DNA of 64,000 nucleotides from a bacterium (GCA_963662285.2 CAXXMV010000006.1:1-64000); one strand, 5' to 3'. Positions 17,504 through 27,988 are shown, counted from the first letter of the stretch. Notes: a model not told the origin generated them from the letters alone. Translations and numbers: made by a program.

Positions 17504-19606
17504 ATGTCTTTTGATACACAGAATTATATAGAATTATTTTACCAGGATGCCGAAGAACATCTTCAATTAATGACTGATGCGCTGCTGGATATGGAACGAA
17601 ATCCTGCTGATAAAGAAGCGTTGGCGGCGGTTTTCCGTTCAGCTCACACGATGAAGTCTTCATCAGCCATGGTTGGATTTATGCATATCAGCGAGTTTAC
17701 GCATCGTATGGAAGATATGATCGGGCATTTCCGTGATAATGATGTTACTATCACTACCGATATGGTGGATATTCTCTTTCGATCTTTTGATGTTTTGAAA
17801 GAGATGCTCACTCAACTGCAGGATGAATCCGCCGAAGCCCAACGCAATAAAACAAAATCAGCATCTCAAGAATTAATGAAGGTATTTACCGGGATTCTTG
17901 CGGGTGATAATCCAGTAGAAGACAAGGCGGAAGATAAGCCGGATGCATATTCAGTACGCATCAGGTTGGGTGAAGAAAGCCGGACGCGGATAGAGGAATT
18001 TCGTCTGGCAGGAGAAAACATCTTTGAAATTATAATTTCTTTTTCAGAAGATGTTCAAATGGCGGCGACGCGGGCTTATTTGATAATGAATAATTTGTCC
18101 AAGATTGCCGCGACCATTCAAACCAATCCGGACATTGAAGATGACTCTCAATCTGTCGGCTTGCACTTTTCTCTGATTGTAGCTTCAAAAGAAAGTATAG
18201 AGAATCTCAAGAAGGCGGCTTCGGTCAGTGAAGTGGAAAAAGTGGATATTCGTGATGTAACGGATATCGACCAATTTGAATGGCCTGAAGAAATTGAAAA
18301 ACCTGAAGAAATTGAAAAAACTGAAGAAGATACGAAAGATGTTAGCAAGAAAGATGAAGCCGCAGTTAGATCTTCTTTTGATCGTCGTGATGATAAAGCG
18401 AAGGTGCAAACGGTGCGGGTCAATATTGAAAAACTTGACCGTTTGCTAAACTTGGCGGCGGAAATGGTGATTCAGCGCGGACGCGCTTATGAATTGTCGC
18501 AACAATTAGTTGTTGAAAATGGCAAGGGTGGTTTGGAAGAAGAGATTTTCGATGCAATTAACCAGCAAGGCATGTTTCTCTCTCAATTGCAGGAAATCAT
18601 CATGGAAGCGCGTATGATTCCAATTGGAATGGTGTTCAGCCGTTTCAGGCGCGTAATTCGTGATTTGGCTCATGCGCGAAATAAAAAAGTCAACCTGGTT
18701 ATGGAAGGTGAAGAGACCGAACTAGATAAGAAGATTATCGATCAGATTGGCGAGCCACTGATGCACATGGTGCGAAATTCGGTTGATCATGGTCTTGAAA
18801 CAGAAGATGAGCGTCGTGCTGCAGGAAAACCCGTGGAAGGGCTGCTGCATTTAAATGCAGTGCATCAGGGGAATAGTATAATTATTTCAATCAAGGATGA
18901 TGGAGCTGGCATTGATGCGGAAAAGCTGAAAATAAAGGCGATTGAAAAGGGCATACTAACGCATGAAGAAGCAGCAGCCATGTCTAAAAAAGAAGCTTTG
19001 CATTTGATTTTCCGCGCTGGATTCTCTACGGCGAAAACCGTTACAGATATCTCCGGTCGTGGAGTGGGGATGGATGTAGTGCGTCGTTCCATTGATAATT
19101 TGGGTGGTACGGTAGAGATCGAAACTGAGTTGGGTAAAGGAACGACTTTTTATATCAAATTACCTCTTACTCTGGCTATTATTCAAGCTTTGCTGGTTGA
19201 ATCAGATAAGGAAATCTATGCGCTGCCTATTTCAAGCATCTCCGAAACCATCAGGATTTCACCGGATGAGATATTCTCAGTCAAGGGCAGCGGAAAAGTG
19301 ATTCGTCTGCGCGACGAAGTGATACCTATTTTGAATCTTAGTTCGGTAGTAACGGGTAAGTTGAATGGCGTATTGAACGAAAAATGTTATGTGGCAATAT
19401 TAAAGAATGGTAATCAATATGCCGGTTTGATAGTGGATCGTATGGTTAACGAGCAGGAAGTTGTTATAAAATCGTTGTCAGGCGACTTTGCCAGCGCTAC
19501 TTACATCTCCGGCGCGGCGATTTTGGGGAATGGACAGGTTATCCTGATCCTTGATATTCCTTCTTTAATTGATCAAACACTCGGATCATATATATCTGAA
19601 TCCTGA
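17504..19606 (+). CDS. cheA: Chemotaxis histidine kinase CheA
   Basis: Hpt FRSAHTMKS, P2-like domain, TVRVNIEKLD, HMVRNSVDHGLE, DDGAGID, GFST...SGRGVGMDVV, C-terminal CheW-like domain. Confidence 0.97.
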   Translation: MSFDTQNYIELFYQDAEEHLQLMTDALLDMERNPADKEALAAVFRSAHTMKSSSAMVGFMHISEFTHRMEDMIGHFRDNDVTITTDMVDILFRSFDVLKEMLTQLQDESAEAQRNKTKSASQELMKVFTGILAGDNPVEDKAEDKPDAYSVRIRLGEESRTRIEEFRLAGENIFEIIISFSEDVQMAATRAYLIMNNLSKIAATIQTNPDIEDDSQSVGLHFSLIVASKESIENLKKAASVSEVEKVDIRDVTDIDQFEWPEEIEKPEEIEKTEEDTKDVSKKDEAAVRSSFDRRDDKAKVQTVRVNIEKLDRLLNLAAEMVIQRGRAYELSQQLVVENGKGGLEEEIFDAINQQGMFLSQLQEIIMEARMIPIGMVFSRFRRVIRDLAHARNKKVNLVMEGEETELDKKIIDQIGEPLMHMVRNSVDHGLETEDERRAAGKPVEGLLHLNAVHQGNSIIISIKDDGAGIDAEKLKIKAIEKGILTHEEAAAMSKKEALHLIFRAGFSTAKTVTDISGRGVGMDVVRRSIDNLGGTVEIETELGKGTTFYIKLPLTLAIIQALLVESDKEIYALPISSISETIRISPDEIFSVKGSGKVIRLRDEVIPILNLSSVVTGKLNGVLNEKCYVAILKNGNQYAGLIVDRMVNEQEVVIKSLSGDFASATYISGAAILGNGQVILILDIPSLIDQTLGSYISES

Positions 19607-19671
19607 AATGTTTTATGCTGAAACAAATTGAATTGGTGTGATATGAAGAGTCTATAGGATGATTTCAAATA

Positions 19672-20757
19672 ATGGATAAAATCAAAGTACTGGTAGTTGA
19701 TGATTCTGCTCTTGCCAGGCGTATGCTGAGCGATATGTTGAATGAGCATCCTGAAATTGAGGTTGTGGGGACAGCTCAGGATGGCGCCTTCGTTATTAAT
19801 AAGATCAAAATGCTCAAACCGGATATTATTACGCTTGATGTTGAAATGCGTACAAAAGGCGGGTTGGAAGTACTCCCTGAAATAATGCAGAATTATGGTC
19901 TTCCAGTCATCATGGTCAGTGCGCATACGGAACGCGGCGCTCATGCCACTTTCAAAGCCCTGGAACTTGGCGCAATCGATTTTGTCACTAAGCCTCAAGC
20001 TGGTGATATGCGTAGTTTGGCGGAGATTGGCGACATCCTGGCGCAAAAAATAATTGCGGTAACTCGATATGGAGGAAAGCGTTTTGCTCAACGCAGAGCG
20101 CCAGTTATGCAACCCGTAAAACCCATTGCTCCTCTTTCAAGGATGATTGGCGCATCTTCTCATGTGGATCTTATCGCCATAGGAGCATCGACAGGCGGAA
20201 CTGAAGCGATCAAGGATGTATTGGTTCCATTACCGCCTCAAATTCCCGGTATAGTCATAGTACAGCATATGCCGGCTGGATTTACGAAAGCATTCTCTCA
20301 GCGCTTGAATTCATTATGCCAGATCGAGGTCAAAGAGGCGGAAGATGGTGATGAGGTTCTTCAGGGAAGAGCATTAATTTCTCCTGGCAGTCACCATATG
20401 GAAGTGGTTAAATATGGATCCAAAATGAAGGTTCGTCTTTTAGAGACGCCTCCAGTTAATCGGCACCGTCCCTCGGTTGATGTCTTGTTCTTCTCGGTGG
20501 CGGAAAAAATAGGCCGGCGGATGATCGGCGTATTATTGACTGGTATGGGGGCAGATGGAGCGGACGGACTACGTATGATTCGCGATACTGGCGCTGTTAC
20601 AGTGGCGCAGGATGAAGAGTCTTGCGTAGTTTTTGGTATGCCCAAAGAGGGTATTAAGCGTGGAGGAGCATCGCATATTTTATCGCTGCATGCGATACCC
20701 GAATTTTTGGTGAATTCTGTGCAGCACATGGTTCGCCAACCGAGGACGTTAACCTAG
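19672..20757 (+). CDS. cheB: Chemotaxis methylesterase CheB
   Basis: Receiver domain plus IGASTGG, IVQHMP, RPSVDVLF, LTGMGADGA, AQDEESCVVFGMP. Confidence 0.97.
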   Translation: MDKIKVLVVDDSALARRMLSDMLNEHPEIEVVGTAQDGAFVINKIKMLKPDIITLDVEMRTKGGLEVLPEIMQNYGLPVIMVSAHTERGAHATFKALELGAIDFVTKPQAGDMRSLAEIGDILAQKIIAVTRYGGKRFAQRRAPVMQPVKPIAPLSRMIGASSHVDLIAIGASTGGTEAIKDVLVPLPPQIPGIVIVQHMPAGFTKAFSQRLNSLCQIEVKEAEDGDEVLQGRALISPGSHHMEVVKYGSKMKVRLLETPPVNRHRPSVDVLFFSVAEKIGRRMIGVLLTGMGADGADGLRMIRDTGAVTVAQDEESCVVFGMPKEGIKRGGASHILSLHAIPEFLVNSVQHMVRQPRTLT

Positions 20758-20793
20758 AACGTTTAGTTAACGAACATATTTTTGACAATAACT

Positions 20794-22248
20794 CTAATCT
20801 TTATTTTTATTTTTGATGCGGAATTGGCTGGGGGAAAGATCGCATCGAGACATAACCCGGTACAAAGCTTCGCGGGTTAACCCGGCTTGTTTTGAGGCGA
20901 GGCGTACATCTCCATTATTTTTCTCGAGCAAGGCTACTAAATAACTGCGTTCGGCGAAAAGAATGGCATCTTCCCGATACGATTTGAAATCAACATCTAA
21001 TTCTGGCGTTAAGTTTGGATTACTATCTTTGGACGTATTGGTTTCGTTTCTATCCATATACAGGTCTTCCACGGTTATCTGGTTGCTTTCGGCCCGGAAA
21101 TAGGATGCTTCGATGACGAATTTGAGTTGCCTGATGTTTCCCGGCCATTCGTTTTGAGAAAGTTCCTGAAGCGCTTCAGGAGTAAATGACATATCTCCCC
21201 GGTTATTATCTTTAGCAATATCATTGATGAAATGTTGAGCTAGAAGAGGAATGTCAGATAATCTTTCTCGAAGAGGCGGGATATGGATTTGTTGGGCTGA
21301 AATGCGGTAGAATAAATCGGTGCGGAATCCGCCTTTTTTTGTTTGCGTCAGGAGATCACGGTTGGTGGAGCAGATAATGCGAAAATCGCTGGTGCATTCT
21401 TTAGTACTGCCGATAGGCCGGAAACTTTTTGTTTCCAGGCAGCGTAATAATTTGGGTTGAATATCAATTGCGATTTCGCCAACTTCATCCAATAGCAAAC
21501 TGCCCCCATCTGCTGCCTGTAGAAGTCCTTTTCTTTCAACCGAACCTGTAAACGCTCCTTTGGTAGATCCAAAAAGGGTGGATTCGATCAGTGATTCCGG
21601 AGTGGCGGTGCAGTCCATTACCACATAAGGTTTCTCTGATCTTTTGCTGTTCAAGTGAATAGCTTCTGCGATGTATTCTTTACCTACGCCAGTTTCTCCC
21701 TCAATTAAAACAGGAAGATTGGATTCCGCCGCCCGTAATATGTTTTCATAGACAGGCTGCATGGTGATTGATTTACCCAGTATGCCGGAGAATTTAAAAT
21801 CGTGAGTTAATGATTTGCTGAGAACGCTATGCTCCTTGCGTAGTTGACAGTATTCTTTAACTCGTTCTAGTTTTTCAAGTAACATACTGGAAGTTATTGG
21901 TTTAGGGATGAAATCCCAGGCGCCGGACTGCATCGCTTCAACTGCCCGTTCGATAGTACCGTAACCAGTTATTATCAGGCATAGAATCGAGGGAGATATC
22001 TCTCGTAATTGGGAGATTAGTTCTATTCCACTTAGATCGGGTAATTCATAATCCAAAAGAGCAATATCAGGAGGATTAACTCTAGTTAATTCAGTAGCCT
22101 CTTTAGCTGTTCCGGCAGGCATGACGCAGTATCCATTCTCGGTAAGTAGTTTGGTGAACATATGCCGGATTTGGGCGTCATCATCGACCACGAGTATAGT
22201 TATAGCCCGGGAAGTAGTCTCGCTTGGAGTAATTTTCTTTTTTTTCAT
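20794..22248 (-). CDS. NtrC-family sigma-54-dependent response regulator (REC-AAA+-HTH)
   Basis: LVVDDD...LLDYELP receiver; Walker A GETGVGKE; GAFTGS loop; LDEVGE; FRTDLFYR; WPGNIRQL; C-terminal HTH. ATG 22248 is preferred over TTG 22278. Confidence 0.92.
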   Translation of the reverse strand: MKKKKITPSETTSRAITILVVDDDAQIRHMFTKLLTENGYCVMPAGTAKEATELTRVNPPDIALLDYELPDLSGIELISQLREISPSILCLIITGYGTIERAVEAMQSGAWDFIPKPITSSMLLEKLERVKEYCQLRKEHSVLSKSLTHDFKFSGILGKSITMQPVYENILRAAESNLPVLIEGETGVGKEYIAEAIHLNSKRSEKPYVVMDCTATPESLIESTLFGSTKGAFTGSVERKGLLQAADGGSLLLDEVGEIAIDIQPKLLRCLETKSFRPIGSTKECTSDFRIICSTNRDLLTQTKKGGFRTDLFYRISAQQIHIPPLRERLSDIPLLAQHFINDIAKDNNRGDMSFTPEALQELSQNEWPGNIRQLKFVIEASYFRAESNQITVEDLYMDRNETNTSKDSNPNLTPELDVDFKSYREDAILFAERSYLVALLEKNNGDVRLASKQAGLTREALYRVMSRCDLSPSQFRIKNKNKD

Positions 22249-22608
22249 TAATTTCCCTTGTGACTTTATAAGCCACAAATCTTGTCAATAAGTAATCGAA
22301 TGGGTTACGGTTCAGGCCATTATGCTGAATTTCAAAATTTAATAATAATAATATGTAAAATAAAAGTTTAAGGATTTTAACTGAGAATCAATGTTCCCGT
22401 TTATCAATGATGCCGATTTTATACTTAATTATAAGTACTTTATAAGTATATGTATATGAATCAGAACTATCTGTATAATTATATGAGTATCTTTGCGCTT
22501 TGATGGCGCCTCTCTTGCTTTAATAAAATGATAATACTGAATCATTTGTAAAACAAGAGTACTCTTGTTTTTGAATATTTTGTATAGAGGTAACAATATT
22601 ACGGTTAT

Positions 22609-22624
22609 TGGCATGTATATTGCT
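22609..22624 (+). promoter_or_regulatory. Sigma-54 (-24/-12) promoter for the receiver-like gene and cheW
   Basis: TGGCATG-TATA-TTGCT (GG-N10-GC), about 45 bp upstream of ATG 22669 and divergent from a sigma-54 activator gene. Confidence 0.75.
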
Positions 22625-22668
22625 ATTTTATTCGATGTGATTTTCAAATGATAGGAAGGTGTAAGATT

Positions 22669-23085
22669 ATGACTGTCTCTAAGCAGTCGATAATAATTTT
22701 GACCGAAGACGCAGAGTTGATTGCTCAATGTAAAGAATCGTTAAAAAAGCGGTTTCATGTTGATGTTGATTCTGTTGATGAGACCGAAATTAAAAGATTT
22801 AAGCATGAAGATATCAATCCAATGTTATTTATTTGGGATACTAGAAAGCGATCACCTAAATGGTTAGAGATTATATCGTGGATGCGGGATTATTCTGGCC
22901 GACCAATCATTGCTGTTACTCTGAGTGATGATGAGGGTATGAGGCGGGATCTTTACCGGTACGGCATTCAAGTTCAGTTGGATATTGATTCAACTTCATT
23001 TATTAAATCGTTGCAAGTACATATTTTCGCTATTTTACTTGATGCAGAAAAGGATAAATGCGAAGTATTGGGAAATGGCGTATAA
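22669..23085 (+). CDS. Atypical (pseudo-)receiver domain protein
   Basis: IIILTED / LFIWD / PIIAVT fit a receiver fold, but the conserved KP lysine is missing; RBS-like AGGAAGG. Confidence 0.6.
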   Translation: MTVSKQSIIILTEDAELIAQCKESLKKRFHVDVDSVDETEIKRFKHEDINPMLFIWDTRKRSPKWLEIISWMRDYSGRPIIAVTLSDDEGMRRDLYRYGIQVQLDIDSTSFIKSLQVHIFAILLDAEKDKCEVLGNGV

Positions 23086-23131
23086 ACTGGTTTACTATAT
23101 TTGATCTTATAAAAAAGATAGGAGAAACAAT

Positions 23132-23623
23132 ATGGCCGATAATACAAAGGAAAATGCCCAGACAAATCAGTATGTTAGTTTTGTTCTTTGTGGCGAAGAG
23201 TATGGCGTGCCCATTTTATGCGTACAGGAAATTATACGTTATGATACTTTGACCAAGGTGCCGCAAAGCCCCGAATATGTTGTAGGCGTTCTTAATTTGC
23301 GTGGACAGGTTATTCCCGTGGTTAACCTGCGCATGAAATTTGGATTGGAGAATCGCGAATTAGATAAATCGACCCGTATCATAGTAGTTGAAGTTCAGGG
23401 ACGCATCATGGGCATGGTGGTGGATGAAGTCTCTGAAGTTCTGCAAATTAATATGGATAATATCTCACCTCCTCCTCCGATGGGCACGAATCTGAAGACT
23501 GATTTCATTTCCGGTATGGCGAAGATTAATGATACTCTTGTGATACTCCTGGAAATTGACAAGATACTGACTACCGAAGAAAGCGTCATGCTGGATCAGG
23601 CGGCTTCTTCGGCGGATATCTAA
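23132..23623 (+). CDS. cheW: Chemotaxis coupling protein CheW
   Basis: YGVPILCVQEII, VGVLNLRGQVIPVVNLR, GMVVDEVSEV. Confidence 0.96.
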   Translation: MADNTKENAQTNQYVSFVLCGEEYGVPILCVQEIIRYDTLTKVPQSPEYVVGVLNLRGQVIPVVNLRMKFGLENRELDKSTRIIVVEVQGRIMGMVVDEVSEVLQINMDNISPPPPMGTNLKTDFISGMAKINDTLVILLEIDKILTTEESVMLDQAASSADI

Positions 23624-24132
23624 ATAAGCATTGTTGTTTAGAGTGTTTGCATAAGAGCGAACATAATATAATCACTGTTTTATCCTGGAAAAATTTGCGA
23701 AGGAATGCATGGAATGATATTCTGTGTATTCCTTTTCTTTTTGTGCGCCCGGTAGGACAGGTAAATTCCACCCGAGAAACAACAACATTGATGGAAATAA
23801 TAGTAGGGCAAGAACATGTAAGATGCCTATGAGTAAATCAAAAGGAATAAGGGATCGGATGGAGTGGTTTACAAAACTCTATGCTTATTGAAATCGATGG
23901 TTTTATTGAAAGTTCCATCTTTTGGTGATGAATTGCCTCATTAATGCAAGAAATATTGAGAATCGCTCTATGGGTTAGTTCAAGTAGTCTTTTTTAAGGT
24001 ATTTTGAATATAAAAGACTTGTAGGATACTGTCTGTCTTGATAAAACCAGTTGAAATTGTTTAATAGAGAGTAGAAAATATTAGTCAGGATTGATTTATA
24101 ATCGATAATCCAAGTAAAACAAAAGGAAAATA

Positions 24133-24879
24133 ATGATGAAGAAACTAATGGGATTTTTTGTATGCGTACTATGCGTCGGTGTTATGTGCATTGGCTGTTC
24201 TCCTACTACCGAGACTTCAACACCGGCTGGTGGTGGATCAGATGCAGTGGTGAAAGATGAGAAACCTGCTCCTGAAGTAAAAGCCGCTCCAGGTGAAATC
24301 GTTCTTAATGATATTGATAATTGGGACGGTTGGTATATGGATAATCCTGACTGGGTTGGCTCAATTGATGAATTTGAGCAGGATGTTGAAGATGGCGCGA
24401 TGCCTTCAGGCGCAAACGCTCTCAGAGCCAATGCCTTTATCGGTGATGATCGCGTACGCGATTTCTATATTGCTCGTTTCATTGAAGGCGTGGAAGCAGG
24501 GAAAACCTACAAGATTTCTCTGAACTACAAGTTTGATACCGATACTCCGTCAGGTTCAGTTGATCTGGCTGATGATCCTTATGTTGCTGAGCAGAATTTC
24601 AAGGAAAAAAATTACATTCAATACATCGTAGTTGATGGCGATGCTCAGGATCAGGAAAAAATCATGGATCTGGAAGATTATCCTGATCACAAAACAGAGA
24701 CCAAATACATCGCAGCGGAAACCATTGGCAGCGGCGAATTTCATCCGCTCGAAGTCGAACACACCGTTGGCGCAGGTCAGGATTCAATTACTTTTGTCAT
24801 GATCGTGCGATTCCGCGCTGAAGATGATGCTGAAGATAACTGGTTGACATTTGGCGATTTCAAAATCGAAGCCAAATAA
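24133..24879 (+). CDS. Acidic lipoprotein, possible beta-sandwich (CBM-like) domain
   Basis: Signal peptide with lipobox-like CIGC, low-complexity linker, 'VEAGKTYKISLNYKF'. Confidence 0.6.
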   Translation: MMKKLMGFFVCVLCVGVMCIGCSPTTETSTPAGGGSDAVVKDEKPAPEVKAAPGEIVLNDIDNWDGWYMDNPDWVGSIDEFEQDVEDGAMPSGANALRANAFIGDDRVRDFYIARFIEGVEAGKTYKISLNYKFDTDTPSGSVDLADDPYVAEQNFKEKNYIQYIVVDGDAQDQEKIMDLEDYPDHKTETKYIAAETIGSGEFHPLEVEHTVGAGQDSITFVMIVRFRAEDDAEDNWLTFGDFKIEAK

Positions 24880-24923
24880 TTAACTGATGCCTAGCGGGGT
24901 AATTCCTGCTGATTGAATATGCT

Positions 24924-24967
24924 AAAAAACAGGGGGCGCGCCTTTTATCGGCTCGCCCCCTGTTTTT
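24924..24967. terminator. Bidirectional intrinsic terminator
   Basis: aaaaaacagggggcg...cgccccctgttttt between convergent genes. Confidence 0.75.
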
Positions 24968-25052
24968 AATGTAGAGAAGGGCGTTTGGATCGTGAGTGGT
25001 TTTGGGCGCCCATGAGGGACGCACCCTACATTTTGTTTTATACGGGGAGACG

Positions 25053-26159
25053 TTATTTGGATTTCAGCTTTCCCAGTGTGATATTTACATCTGTATAACT
25101 GCTCTTGATATCAATTTTCCCTTTTCCTTCGCCGATTGTTCCTTCAACGGATTCGTTAAACATCTTACTTTTTTTCAGCAAAGAGGCTGGCGCTTTGATG
25201 CTTCCAAATGATGAGGATGCATTTATGCTGCCCGAATAATCCTCTGGAATATAGATATTGATATTGCCAAAAGAGATTGAGCCTTCAATCTGTGCGTTGG
25301 CTGTATCTGTTTGTATGGTGTTATTGCCATATCCTGATTTGAAAAACAACTTGCCGGTCAGGTCGATGACCTTAAGGTCTCCAAATTGATTGTTCACTTT
25401 GCTGTTTCCCTGATGATTAAGAATTGACAATGTTCCATATTCGGCTTTGGCGTCAAGTTCACCCTGGGCGTCCTGGATGAATGTACTTCCGAATTTGTTT
25501 TCGGTTTGAATCTTGCCTTTAGTACTTTTGATAACGACGTCGCCAAATGAGTTGCGTAGTTCTATGGGAGTGTTAACCGGCGTTAGGATCTTGACTATGC
25601 ATTGTTTCAAACACTTTTTGAGTTTTTTATCATCGTCCTTGAATTTGATGTTTAATTCGACTCCATCCTTTGTCTTATCAATGTTGACATCGATTGTTTC
25701 TTGAAGATATTTGGCCAGTTCTTCAGTTTCGGCGCCGGTTTTCTTCTCAACGGTAATGGAAATTTCTGAGTCATCCTTGCCCGGTTCAATCGATATTGAA
25801 CTGAAAACGCAATCCACCAGTAAAGGCGTTTCGGATTTCACGTCGAAGGATTTTTCTATAATTTCCGAAACAATCTCTCCTTCAAACTTGCCATTGATTT
25901 CACCGATATTGGGAATCTTGGGCATCTTCGGGATATTAATCTCGATTTTGGGTATCTTGATTTCAGGAATGTCAATCTTGATTTCTTTACCGCTGGTTTG
26001 AGCAATCTGATTTCCAATATCTTCCATCTGTTTTGCAAAAGATTCCGCCCATTGTTCAATATCCTTATCGAAATCGCCGCCTGCTGTAACATAAGATGGC
26101 GTAAGCAATGTGAAAGCGATCAGTAATACAACTTGGATTGACAATAATTTTTTTAACAT
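25053..26159 (-). CDS. Secreted DUF4097/adhesin-like beta-solenoid repeat protein
   Basis: Signal peptide; repeated x-[SN]-[FY]-G-x-[IV] units (NSFGDV, NKFGST, EYGTL, NQFGDL, SFGNI, SFGSI); downstream of ECF/anti-sigma genes as is common. Confidence 0.75.
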   Translation of the reverse strand: MLKKLLSIQVVLLIAFTLLTPSYVTAGGDFDKDIEQWAESFAKQMEDIGNQIAQTSGKEIKIDIPEIKIPKIEINIPKMPKIPNIGEINGKFEGEIVSEIIEKSFDVKSETPLLVDCVFSSISIEPGKDDSEISITVEKKTGAETEELAKYLQETIDVNIDKTKDGVELNIKFKDDDKKLKKCLKQCIVKILTPVNTPIELRNSFGDVVIKSTKGKIQTENKFGSTFIQDAQGELDAKAEYGTLSILNHQGNSKVNNQFGDLKVIDLTGKLFFKSGYGNNTIQTDTANAQIEGSISFGNINIYIPEDYSGSINASSSFGSIKAPASLLKKSKMFNESVEGTIGEGKGKIDIKSSYTDVNITLGKLKSK

Positions 26160-26333
26160 TTGGTTTTCTCCTTGTTATTTGATTCGGATTGATGCGCTAA
26201 TCTGATTTGAATCTCTAAAACTGGCCATTTTTTTAGTAGATTCAATGATCAAGATAAGCAAAATATCTATACTCTTTCGGTAAAATAAAATCCTCCGGTG
26301 GAATTTAATTTTCAAAATTTTTCATGCAATTCT

Positions 26334-27023
26334 CTAAATAGCCTTTTCCGTCATATCGTCTGAAATGTTGATAAACCGGAAATCGCTATCAGGAATATCT
26401 TGGTTTGATTCAATATATTCACACAGTGATTGCAGGACATTGATATTTTGTGATACAGCTAAAGAGAGGCCGCGTTGAATGACCGGGTCTCCTGAATGTT
26501 TTTGGTGCGCTGCGGTTATGGCCTGTGATGTGAGTTTTACATTCATCACCGGCGTGTACCAGGGATTGTTTTCGCTGAGCGTCTCTTCTCCGTACTGTTG
26601 AGCCAGGCTGTTTTCAAGTCTTGATATCATAATGCTTTGTATGTCAGCCAATTGTTGAAATGTACTTTGTGGTAGAGATGATTGTTTACCGATCCAGACG
26701 CCGGTAATAAATATCAGCGCCACTGCCATGGCTCCTGCGTACGCCCATTTCCAGCGCAGGGGTGATGCTTTAGGTTCCTGACGCATTCTGATGCTCTCCA
26801 GGCAACGGCTGGATAGTTGGTCGGGAATCGGGGGATGCGGTAAATCGCGTAATAATCGAATATGCTCAGTTATATCTTCTGCCTGGCGCTGAAATTGAGC
26901 ATCGTTTTCCAGCAGTGATTCAATCTCATCGATTTGATCGATAGAGAGATTGGCGCTTCCAAGTTCCTGATCTTCGATATATTGAAAGAGTAATTCTTCG
27001 GAAGTTAGTTTTGAGCGGTTCAT
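26334..27023 (-). CDS. Putative anti-sigma factor (single TM)
   Basis: 4-bp overlap with the ECF sigma gene; N-terminal ASD-like helices and a TM segment 'WAYAGAMAVALIFITGVWIG'. Confidence 0.7.
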   Translation of the reverse strand: MNRSKLTSEELLFQYIEDQELGSANLSIDQIDEIESLLENDAQFQRQAEDITEHIRLLRDLPHPPIPDQLSSRCLESIRMRQEPKASPLRWKWAYAGAMAVALIFITGVWIGKQSSLPQSTFQQLADIQSIMISRLENSLAQQYGEETLSENNPWYTPVMNVKLTSQAITAAHQKHSGDPVIQRGLSLAVSQNINVLQSLCEYIESNQDIPDSDFRFINISDDMTEKAI

Positions 27024-27634
27024 GATTCACCTCGCAGCATATCTTTTATGGTGCTCAATCTTTGACGTAGTTCCTTCTCGCCGCGAAAGACTAATGATTT
27101 AACTGTTCCTTCTGGTTTATTCATAATTTCAGCGATTTCAGAGTAAGGAAGGCCTTCAAAGTAACGCAGTATGATAGCCGCGCGTTTATTGGGATGTAGT
27201 TTGGATAATGATTCTTTAATTAATTGCTCCGTTTGGTTCTGTTCGGCGTGTTGCTTGGGATTACAGTCTCTTGCTTCGATGGATATTTCATGGGATGGAA
27301 GAAGCGGAGTCAGAACGTTTCGTAAAATCCGCCAACGCAGAAAGGAGATTGCTTTGCGCCGGGCGATGGTGAAAAGGTAAGGGTGGATATCCACATCCGT
27401 TCGTAATGTATGGCGATGTTTGTATAGAGAGTAAAAGGTATCTTGCATCAGATCTTCTGATTCTTCGCTGGAACCGACCATGCGATAAATAAACCTGTAA
27501 ATAGGCGCAGAAAAACGACTTACGATTTGCGCATAGGCCTGTTCATCTCCCTGAGCGATGCGCGTCGTCAGCGTATGGTCAATCTCCATTTCTGGAGATG
27601 CTATGTCCATCACGCAATCTGAGGTTGAGTTCAT
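27020..27634 (-). CDS. ECF (sigma-70 family) RNA polymerase sigma factor
   Basis: GDEQAY, EDLMQDTF, YLFTIARR, LRYFEGLPYSEIAEIMNKPEGTVKS. Confidence 0.92.
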   Translation of the reverse strand: MNSTSDCVMDIASPEMEIDHTLTTRIAQGDEQAYAQIVSRFSAPIYRFIYRMVGSSEESEDLMQDTFYSLYKHRHTLRTDVDIHPYLFTIARRKAISFLRWRILRNVLTPLLPSHEISIEARDCNPKQHAEQNQTEQLIKESLSKLHPNKRAAIILRYFEGLPYSEIAEIMNKPEGTVKSLVFRGEKELRQRLSTIKDMLRGES

Positions 27635-27873
27635 ATACTGATTTTTTATATGCTGATTAATATTTTGTTATTCAAGAAGAGTAATACGCGTTGCAGTATA
27701 AATAGTTGCAAAAAAATCAGGAAATGTTGAGGGAAGCAGAAAAATGCAGCAAGATTTTGGGCGGAAATAGAACAGCCTGATATCCTAAAACGGCAGTAAT
27801 CCTAACGTCAATTAGATAATCTAAAGTTTAAGGAAACAACCCCCTATTCTATTTGATACACCGGCTAGAAGCC

Positions 27874-27988
27874 GATGCTCCCCATTCTATGATGCTCCCC
27901 ATTCTATGATGCTCCCCATTCTATGATGCTCACCGTTCTATGATGCTCACCGTTCTATGATGCTCACCGTTCTATGATGCTCACCGTT
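27874..27988 (+). repeat. 17-bp tandem repeat (6 full units plus 1 partial)
   Basis: (gatgctccccattctat)x3, (gatgctcaccgttctat)x3, then gatgctcaccgtt. Confidence 0.95.

Noticed and set aside
27874-27988. Possible CRISPR array
   Set aside because: Units are head-to-tail 17-mers with no unique spacers, and no cas genes are present.
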